From Callorhinchus milii (Eukaryota), in contig NW_024704743.1 of the NCBI RefSeq assembly GCF_018977255.1, positions 77,438,001-77,502,000 on the forward strand: a stretch of DNA of 64,000 nt, read 5' to 3'. Of the stretch, positions 52,160 to 61,747 are shown one piece after another. The notes beneath the pieces were generated by a model, which saw only the letters and a program-made list of their open reading frames with translations, was not told the origin of the DNA and did no database searches. Numbering within the stretch: position 1 is the stretch's first letter; the number at the start of each line of letters is the position of its first letter. The translations under genes and the position numbers were made by a program.

Positions 52160-53800
52160 CAGTAACAACAACAACAAAATTAAATTTATAGAGCGCCTTT
52201 CACGTCAGGAGGACATCCCAAGGGGCTGGACAGTCAGGGGTCAGGACCCGAGCATGGGGGAGAGGTGGGGTAGGGGTGAGGAAAGGCAGAGAGGTGGGAG
52301 GGCGACCGAAGGCACGATCGAAGAGGAGGGTCTTGAGACCGGCCTTGAAGGAGGCAAGGGAGCAAGCGAGGCGAAGGGACTGTGGGATGGAGTTCCAGAG
52401 TATGGGGGTAAAGAGGCTGAAGACCCGGCCACCGATGGTAGGGCAGATTGAGTGGGAGACATGGAGCAGGCCGGAGCCCACTGAACAGAGGGAATGAGCA
52501 GGTTGGTAGGGAGTCAGCAGGTCAGAGAAGTAAGAGGGGGCAAGGCCATGGATGACCTTGAAAGTGAGGACGAGGATCTTGAATTCGATCCTTTGAGGGA
52601 TGGGGAGCCAGTGGAGTCGGGTGAGGGTGGGAGTGATGGGGTCACGGAACCTGGTGTGCGAGAGTACACGAGCTGCAGAGTTTTGGATGATCTGCAGCTT
52701 GTGAAAGGAAGAGTTGGGAAGGCCGATGAGGAGGGAGTTTCCATAATCAAGCTTTGATGTGACAAATGCATGGGTGACGGTTTCGGCAGCCATTGTGGTA
52801 GGCAATGTTGGTCATGACGCGGATTTGGGGGAGAAAGGACAGTTATAGTCAAACAAGACACCCAGGTTCCTGACTGGCTTAGTGAGGTTGAGTGTGCAGC
52901 CACTGCTTGAGGTGCGGAGGCGCTGGCGCGAGCCAATCAGGAGGGCCTTGGTCTTGCTGACGTTGAGTTGGAGAAAGTTGGCCCTCGTCCAAGACTTGAT
53001 GTCAGACAGGCAGTCGGTCAGGACGCCAGTAGTCCTGGAGTTGAGGTGGAGGCAGAGAGGTAGAGTAGGATATCATCTGCATACATGTGGAAATTTACCC
53101 CATGTCTGTGGATAATGTCACCAAGGGGGAGCATGTAGAGGGTGAAGAGGAGGGGACCGAGGACAGAGCCCTGAGGAACACTGCACGAGACAGTATGGGG
53201 GCTGGAGGAGAAACCGTTTGCTGATTCAAAGTGGAGGCAGTGTGAAAGGTAGGACTTGAAATTACAATCAAGGACGGAATCTTAAAGGTTGAGGTGGGAG
53301 GAGAGCCGGTGGAGGAGGATTGAGTGGTCCACAGTATCAAAGGTGGCGGAGAGGTCGAGGAGGATGAGGAGGCAGAGAAAGCCCTGGTCACACACGGTCA
53401 GGATGTCATTTGTGACCTAGACCAGAGCAGTTTCCGTGCTATGGGCAGCACGAAAACCCAATTGTAGGAGCTCATGGAGGGAATAGGAGGAGAGGAAAGA
53501 GTGAAGCTGGGAGCGACAACTCTCTCAAAGACCTTCGACAGAAAAGGGAGGTGGGAGATGGGTCGGTAGCTGGATAGCTGTGATGGATCAAGGGAAGATT
53601 TCTTCAAGGTGTGGGTGATAGTGGCTGTTTTGAGGAGGGTAGGAACATTGCCAGATGACAGGGAGAGATTGATGATGTCGGTGAGTAGTGGGGCAAGGAG
53701 GTGGAGCTGGGATTTAAGGAGAGGGGTGGGGATGGGGTCCAGGGAGCAGGTGGTGGGCTTCATGGAGGATATGATGGTGATGACAGAGGAGGGGGTGACA
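52160..53800 (-). mobile_element. L2 LINE, about 1.6 kb, 5'-truncated, covering the RT domain with frameshifts
   Basis: PTTCSLDPIPT...YRPISHLPFLSKVFERVVA; AETVTHAFVTSKLDYGNSLL...LHWLPIPQRIEFKILVL...FKAGLKTLLFDRAF; (GTT)n tail. Confidence 0.95.
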
Positions 53801-55559
53801 GGTTCAAATATTAATGTTTATGCATTAATATGGATAGGTATGTGGTGTTGGATATTGTGACTGCTTCGTAAACTTGTGCTGCTCACTGTTAGTAGTCTTT
53901 TCATCAATAAACAGCTCTTAATATCCAAAGCTTAATCTTAGGTTAAATGCTGAATGCAAGGTCCAGTTTGGCAAAAACAGGCATCGGGAAAACTAAGCTG
54001 CCACTTTGAATGCTGCTACCCATTGACCATTTAAGAATAATTTTGTTTTTCATGTCATTAGAAATGCTCTGTCTGACCCTTAATCCAAAAGTCTGGTAGT
54101 TAGAATTGGAAAGCTTTAGAATTTAGTAAAGCCCGATCAATCTAATTATCCAAACATTTAGAATAAAAGTCCTCTTCCAGGGCATTTAACTAGCTTCTGA
54201 TACAATTTGTTCTGCATTGTTTGCTTGCTGATGCAAAAAAATACTGATTCTTCTGATGTCTTCTTCCATAAAGAAAGCTGCAGTGAGCATGGTAATCATG
54301 CATTACTAATAATTTATAAAAGGAAGATTACCCAATTCTACATGCGCACTTGTGGTGCTTGCATTTTAGTTGCCTGTCAAAAAAAAAATCTGTTTAGGGG
54401 TGCTCGCTGATTTTTGTTTAATCTCTGCTTTGCTGTTCAGTTTGTAGTTGGATTCCATTCCAATTGTAATAATTTCAAAACTGAAGCCAGGCCCTTTGGC
54501 GCAAGGATTAGTTATTTGTCTGCAGCATTTGATTAATGTGAGGCACATATTTTCTAGGCTGTGTTTTGCAAATGCATGAATAAATCTTACGCGCAAAGAA
54601 AATATAAGAAAATGAGTAAAATACTGCCAGCATAATTAATTTTTTCCCCTGTCAAGACAGTGGTACAATATCTCTTGCACACTGATCGGTACCCCGAGGC
54701 ACACAGTCAGTCCACACAGGTGTGTTAATTTCACAGAAATTTATTTATGTTTTAAAATGTAATTATTATTATTAGGGTGTGTTAAATAACCATCACCAAT
54801 CCACAGCTTGGGAAGGCACACCAGTTAGCATTAGCCTGGAGTGGTGAATCACAAGCTGACAGTGCGCCATGTCCCAGTCACAGCACGAGAATTGAATCAA
54901 GTGTCCACGTTACATTGTGAAACTATCATCAACACCAGACCAACTCATTTGGTTAAAACACCCTCTCATGTTGGTCTACAAAGTCAGCATTATTATGGGT
55001 AGTGACATGAGGAACCTTTTTCCTGGATGCCTTGAATAGACAGATCTATTAGTTTGTCCCACAAAACACACAGTCACAGCATTATATCCGTGAAGTACTT
55101 TGGGATATCTTCCCAAAATGAAAGGTGCTATACCAAATGTAGGGATTATTATTATTATTATGTATCTGCTCCATGGAATTAGGTACCTTTCAACCTCTAC
55201 AGTTAGTGCATTCATAAGAATAAACTTGGGAACACACTTGTCATACGCCTATTTTCATCATTTCAAACGACAGTGTTGAATCAATCTGTTGCCAATATGA
55301 TCCATTTCAACTGCAATGAAGTACAATAGTAACTGCAGTGCTAAACTGTGGATTTTTTATGAGCTCATGTAATTTGAGGGCAGGGGTTACAGGAGCAGAT
55401 AAATAAGGATGTCCAAATAGGGTCTCAACTCAGCTGACTTCAATATTGGGTCACTTCATGCCTAAGGAGATTTTCTAGGAGCTGTCTTCAGAATTAAGTC
55501 TGAGGTGCATGCAGCAAAGTAATGGGTGAACACAACCACCTGGGGTAGTAGAAAAATTA

Positions 55560-55850
55560 CAAAGAGTATAAAGCACGGAAACAGGCCACTCAACCCAACC
55601 AGTATTTATACCCCACGCAAGTCTTCACTCATTCCTTACCCTCTCCCATACCCTTATATTCCCTTCTCCCGCATATGAGAGTCTAGCTTCCTCATGAACG
55701 CATCTGTACTATCTGCTTGAACCACCGCTTCAAGCAGCAAGTTCCACAATCTCACTACGTTTTGTGTGAGGTTGTTCCTCCTAACTTCTCTTTTAGGACC
55801 CTTATCGCTATCTCATATTTGTGTCCCTGGTTTCAGACCTCTCAATCAGT
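55560..55850 (-). mobile_element. CR1 3' end
   Basis: cacggaaacaggccactcaacccaac...ttccacaatctcactac is the reverse complement of a CR1 3' end. Confidence 0.65.
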
Positions 55851-56080
55851 TTTAGATGGATAAGCTGCAGGAATCCAGCTCATTAAGATTATGTTGTCAC
55901 ATTTGTGGGGGACAGTTGTGTAGTTGAGCTGAAGAAGGATTCATCTGATGGCGGCAGTCTATCAATGATTCCATTTTACACCTAGGGAACTTTCTTACAA
56001 GTAAGAATTAAGGCCTTCTTCTGAATTTGCAGAAATTATTTCTTAGAATGCCATCTATTTCCTGTTTCTGGCACAGTATA

Positions 56081-56401
56081 AATAATAATAATAATAATCC
56101 TTGCATTTGATATAGCGCTTTTCACGTCGGGAGGACGTCCCAAAGCGCTTCACAGAACACACTGTAAAGTGAATTGACTGTATATTTGTGGGCGAACGCG
56201 GCAGCCAATTGCGCACAGCAATGTCCCACAAACAGTCGTAGATTGAAAATGACCAATTTATTATTGTTTTTGGTTTTGGAGGGATTATTATTAGGCGTGT
56301 GGAGTAAGGAAACTTGCCCAAGGTTTTGCCCTGCCTGGAATTGAAGTCAGGTCTCTCGCTTGTAAAGCGAGTGCTCTAACCACTGAGCTACAGGACTCCA
56401 C
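56081..56401 (-). mobile_element. Young SINE, short form
   Basis: Near-perfect reverse complement of 2938-3266. Confidence 0.93.
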
Positions 56402-56654
56402 GGTGAATTCCATCAAAGACTGAGATGGAGACTCAGAACAAAAAACTGTACCAGACATAAGACATAGGGCAGATGCAAATCTCAGCATTGAAGCAGTATT
56501 CTTTTTCAGACCAGGTAGGCTGCTCTATTCTCCAGTATCTTCCCCAATAATTATATAACAGAGACTTTAAATTCTAATTTCCAGTATTGAAATTGTTCCA
56601 TTTTATTGGATTGGACTCGCAAATAAATGTATTAATTAAATGCAAATTGATGAT

Positions 56655-57097
56655 GTTGGGAGCTCAGTTGGGAGCACTCTCGATTCTCGTTCAAGCCCCA
56701 AGTCAAGATTTGGAACTCACAGTCTAGGTTGACAAAGTGCAGTGCTGTAGGGGGTGGGGAAGGGGTTGCATTGTTGGAGATAACATCTTTCAGAAAACAC
56801 GTTAAACTGAGAAACCGTCTGCCTGTTCAGGTGGGCATTAAAGATCCCATGGCAGTATTTGAAAAGAGTGGGGCGAAGCGGTTCTCCTGTTAATTAACCA
56901 ACAGTCTGTCAAATAAAATTGGTCCATCACTTGATGGTTATTTGTAGGATATTGTTTTGTACAAGTTTGCTGCTGCACTTGACTACAAATACAGTCACTA
57001 CACAGTCACAACACTTCCCAGTAAATCCTGTGAAATGCTTTGAGACATCTCAACAATGTGATTAGGCAATATATCAAATGCAAGGATTATTATTATT
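56655..57097 (+). mobile_element. Deu-type SINE
   Basis: agctcagttgggagcactctc head; ctgttcaggtgggcattaaagatcccatggcagtattt core; L2-type tail. Confidence 0.75.
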
Positions 57098-57480
57098 TAG
57101 TTTAGACTTTGAAGTGTATTCCAACGTGTATAAATATGTCAGTTGTTGTTATCAATAACATCAACAACAACAACTTGCATGTATATGGTGCCCTTCACGT
57201 CGGATAGCATCTTGGATTTATTTCATTTACTTAGTTCCCCTCCAAGATTGTGGGCTAATAATGATATATATTTTTTTATTGTAAGACTGTGTGCTCTGCT
57301 TCATTTTTAGATATGAAAACTTTGGAAGTTAAAAACTCAGATTTGAACACATTTGAACAATCCCACAAAGTAACTTGACCAAATTTGCTGCTCAGTCCTA
57401 ACAGCTTTGATTAGGATAATTACAGATTTTTTTTTCTCTGCAACCGTGAACGATTGGGACAAAATCTGTGAAAAAGGAAA

Positions 57481-57744
57481 TCATTTTATCCTTGTTGACT
57501 TTTTCTTGGCCCACCTCTTCACATTATTCCAGGGCTTTCAACAGTCCTTGTCCATCCTTTTTTTTCTTGAGGTGGTATTAATCTTGTGTCAGATTTCAGC
57601 TGTATTCTGCTTTGCAGTGAAATTGAATCCTTTGTGAGAGGAGCCAAGAAACTTTCATCAGCTTGTAAGAACTTTCTGCAGAGGGAGATCAATCTCAGTA
57701 AAAGTCTGTTTCACTGCCTCTTCCCTTATTTTTTCTGCCACTGA
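57481..57744 (-). pseudogene. Myb/SANT-like DNA-binding domain fossil (PIF/Harbinger ORF type), 4 internal TGA stops
   Basis: Single frame: SVAEKIREEAVKQTFTEIDLPLQKVLTS**KFLGSSHKGFNFTAKQNTAEI*HKINTTSRKKRMDKDC*KPWNNVKRWAKKK. Confidence 0.6.
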
Positions 57745-57949
57745 ATATCATTATCTACATTACACTTTTTACTGTACAACTTATATAAATTTGCATATGA
57801 ATATTTCTGATTAGTTTGTAGAAGAATCCAGCCATTTCTGAGAGGCAATGTAGTTTTCTAAAAGAAATGCTTTGAGTAGCATTGAAGACTGGGCTGAACA
57901 CCGCACAAACTAAACACAAAAAAATAAAAACCAACCTTTCCTGTAAAGT

Positions 57950-58340
57950 TGCCGCAGGAGCATCAAGCCCTGCAGGTAACAAATGGTAAATTAAATGTTT
58001 GGCTTGTGTGTACAATGCAGTAGTCCTTGCTTTGATTTATGGTGTCAAACTGTATAATAATAATCTGTGCTAAATTGACTCCTGGCTTCAATTGCACACC
58101 TTAACCCATGCTGAGAACGATCCTCCAGCCTGCTGCTGATCCAGCGGTTATTATTTGCATTGCAGCCAATTATTATTATTCTTCCAGTACAATCACATTT
58201 TACAAAATGGACTGTCTGCACTCTGCATCTTGCGGGATTAAAAATGAGAGACTATCTTATTTTATCCAATGGTACTCGGATTGTCATTTTCTTTACTTTA
58301 TAGTCTCTGTGCTATATAATGTGATTAACTTATAATTATT
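57950..58340. promoter_or_regulatory. Candidate conserved enhancer (PBX-HOX plus MEIS motif)
   Basis: TGATTTATGG (58033-58042) immediately followed by TGTCA (58043-58047) in a non-repetitive block rich in TAAT/ATTA sites. Confidence 0.4.
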
Positions 58341-58429
58341 TTCCAGATTGTCCCATGCCTTACCATTGGCACTCTGTGAGTGGTATAAATTCACTCACCT
58401 TCTAAATGTAATATTAATTTTCTTCTTTG

Positions 58430-58672
58430 GCTAAACTCCAGCAGTACCAACAGACCCCAAGACCCCAAGTCTTAACTCTTGCCAACCTGTGCCTAATACT
58501 CTCTGGATTAGGTAAACAGGGTTGGTCCCTCCAGGGAAAGTGTATATTCTATTCTAAACGTGGGAATTTCCATGTGCTGGTAGCATGCATTTGTGTAATT
58601 CTCTGTCTGGTTTGGATTCTCTTAAGCATAATGATGTGTTTCTCAATGTGTCTGGCACATGGCTGACCAGAA
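58430..58672 (-). repeat. Repeat family X copy
   Basis: Reverse complement reads ggtcagccatgtgccagacac...ccctggaggg...gagagtattaggcacaggttggcaagag...gtactgctggagtttag. Confidence 0.72.
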
Positions 58673-58754
58673 AAAAAATCTAAATCAATGAATATATTTA
58701 TAGCACCACAACACACATGAAAATAAATATTGTTCACTATTGGAGCTACAATAC

Positions 58755-59256
58755 AAAATTACATTTGTACAGTGCCTTTTACATCGGGAGGATGTCCCAA
58801 TGCGCTGGATAGTCAGGGATTTTGACTCAAGCAGGGGGTTTGGGATCAGGGAGGGTGGATGGCAGGGAGGGTAGGAGGGTGGCCAAAGGCCCGGTTGAAG
58901 AGGAGAGTCTTGAAATGTGCCTTGAAGGAGGCAAGGGAAGGAGCGATGTGAAGGGAATGTGGGATGGAGTTCCAAAGGGTGGGGACAAAGAGGCTGAAGG
59001 CCTGACTGCCGATGGTGGGGTGGGCCGACAAATGTGGAGCAGGTCACAGCCTGCTGAGCGGAGGGAGTGGACAGGTTGATACGGGGTCAGCAGGTCACAA
59101 AAGCAGGAAGAAGCAAGGCCGTCGAGGGCCTTGAAGGCGAGGACGAGGATTTTAAAACTCCATCCTCTGTGGGATAGGGAGCCAGTGGAGCTGGATGAGG
59201 GTGGGGGAGATGGCGTCACGGAGCCTGGTACGGGAGAGGACACAAGCTGCAGAGTT
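58755..59256 (-). mobile_element. L2 3' fragment
   Basis: FKILVLAFKALDGLA; PTLWNSIPHSLHIAPSLASFKAHFKTLLFNRAF. Confidence 0.9.
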
Positions 59257-59454
59257 GAAATGTTTGGTCATTTCTAACTTGGTTACATTAAAACTATTGG
59301 AAGCTGAGCAGAATTTAAAACAAACAGTACTAAATGTTCACATCTCAAACAGCCTGGTTTGATTGTGTCTGTATATAGTAGTTGAATTGTCTTTTAGATA
59401 TTCTGTTTTGGGTTTAGATTATGTGTTTCTCTTGATTCCAGCTGCATGGAGTCA

Positions 59455-59730
59455 GTCATAGAATTATACAGCACAGAAGGAGGTCATTTGGCCCATTGTG
59501 TCATTGCCGGCTCTTTGAAAAGAGCTATTCAAATTAATCCCACTCCCCCTCTCTCCCCATAGCCCTGCAAACTTGTCCTCCCCAAATAATTATCTACTTC
59601 TCTTTTAAAAGTTATTTAAGCGCTCTGAGATGCTACCCTGCTTGAATGGTGCTATATTAGTGCAAGTTGTTGTTATCGAATCGGCTTCCACTACCCTTTC
59701 AGGCAATGCACTCCAGATACGAACACTAGC
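59455..59730 (-). mobile_element. CR1 3' end with a short + strand L2 tail (about 59618-59675) inserted
   Basis: catagaattatacagcacagaaggaggtcatttggcccat is a reverse-complement CR1 terminus, interrupted by agcgctctgagatgctaccctg...gcaagttgttgtt. Confidence 0.7.
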
Positions 59731-60307
59731 TGCATGGAGTCAATGTTTATATGCAGCTTGTAATTATGATGAGATCTCCTCATTTTGTTTTGCTGTACAC
59801 AAGCTGTTGATCTGCTAAATGCCTTGATGAGTGTCTGTTCTTTTCATTCCTGAAAGGAAGCATGTACGTATAGAATAACAGATAGTCAGGTGTGAATTAC
59901 AAATCTGTCATTTATGCTGTTTCCCCATTGGTTTTGGGCCAGTGCGTCCATAAGTGCACATACAAGCTCAAAGCCACAAGGGACTCCACACAGATCTGAA
60001 ATTCATCTCCTGACCAGATGCTGCTTTAAGCAATACGTATGTATAAGGTATTTGCTTTCTCTTGTTTCATGATGAAAATGGCCAAAGGTAAATCAGGTAC
60101 AGTTTACTGAGCAGGTGAGAAGACATGGTCAGAAACAACAGTACACGAATGGTGGCACGGCCATAGCACAGCAGCAACTGTTGTGCAGGTTTTAATACAT
60201 GTACAGTTCACAAGAATATGATTTGTAAAGCAAATACAATATGGAAAGGATAAAGGACCTTTGACAAGAAGTTGCTCCTGTTGCTAAGTCCAGTGGCTTT
60301 AGTGACA

Positions 60308-60773
60308 TAATAATAATCCTTGCATTTGATATAGCGCTTTTCACGTCGGGAGGACGTCCCAAAGCGCTTCACAGAACAACAACAACAACAAGATTCCATT
60401 TATAGAGCACCTTTCACGTCAAGGTGCTGTACAGTTGGGTCAGGACCTGAGCAGGGGGGAAATGGTCAGGGTGAGGGGAGGGAAGGGAGGGAGCGAGGAG
60501 GGGGTAGAGAGTCTAGAGGGGAGCTGAAGGCACTGTCAAAGAGAAAGGTCTTGAGACCGGCCTTGAAGGAGGAAAGGGAGGAAGCAAGGCGAAGGCACTG
60601 GGGGATAGAGGTCTGGATCCTAGGAACACACTGTAAAGTGAATTGACTGTATATTTGTGGGCGAACGCGGCAGCCAATTGCACACAGCAATGTCCCACAA
60701 ACAGTCGTAGATTGAAAATGACCAATTTATTATTGTTTTTGGTTTTGGAGGGATTATTATTATTACATGCACT
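60308..60773 (-). mobile_element. 5'-truncated young SINE split by a same-strand L2 tail (about 60378-60622)
   Basis: SINE tail to cacagaaca, then the L2 tail, then the SINE resumes at gaacacactgtaaag. gaaca appears on both sides. Confidence 0.88.
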
Positions 60774-61423
60774 AACATAGGCTGAATGTGAAACTAATGA
60801 GGAACCCATGTTTTGTGAGATCTTATACAACACATGCCCTTTCAACTTTGGGCATTCCAGCCATAAATGATGAAGCCATGAGTGTACATACAAGCCAAAA
60901 CCACAAGAGTTACACTGAAAATGTGTTCAAAATAACTATCTTTGAAGTAGTGAAATTCCTTTTGCCATTTTGCCATGGGCTTCATTGTTTAACACGATTT
61001 TTACTGGGATATTTGTATGACAATTAGCGCAGCACTGCAATGTGATTTTTTTTACATAGAAGAGGTGTGTCTGTTCGATAGTTTGAGCTGAACAATCCTT
61101 TACTGTGGCGAAACACGTTGTACTGCTAATTTGGTATTGCTATTAATTTAACCTTGGAAAATTCATAAGAAAATAGCTGCAAGGTGTGACCTGAAAGCAA
61201 TAAATATCCATCTTAATGAAAAGTTAGCTAATAATGAAAGCTAACTTGTGTATATATTGGTAATAATTTAGACAAGTTGATGCAGGTCTTTTTGTTGATT
61301 CTGGTTCATTGTTTCAGTTTGGCTCTGTTGGCAGAACTCTTGCTTCCAGGCAGAAAGTTGAGAGTTTGAGCACTGGATGAGATTTAAACTCATTATCTAG
61401 GGCTAGGTTTACTACAGCGCAGC

Positions 61424-61747
61424 AATAATAATAATAATAATCCTTGCATTTGATATAGCGCTTTTCACGTTGTGGGAGGACGTCCCAAAGTGCTTTACAG
61501 AACACACTGTAAAGTGAATTGACTGTATATTTGTGGGCGAACGCGGCAGCCAATTGCGCACAACAAAGTCCCACAAACAGTCATAGATTGAAAATGACCA
61601 ATTTATTATTGTTTTTGGTTTTGGAGGGATTATTATTAGGTGTTTGGAGTAAGGAAACATGCCCAAGATTTCGCCCTCTGCCGGGAACTGAACTCAGGTC
61701 TCTCGCTTGCAAAGCGAGTGCTCTAACCACTGAGCTACAGGACTCCA
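61424..61747 (-). mobile_element. Young SINE, short form
   Basis: Reverse complement of the consensus with an intact tRNA head. Confidence 0.93.

Noticed and set aside
56055-56321. Recurrent ORFs with VRNWLPRSPTNIQSIHFTV / REKRYIKCKDYYYY (7181, 45935, 56055, 60208, 61314, 61412) that look like a gene family
   Set aside because: They are translations of the non-coding young SINE.
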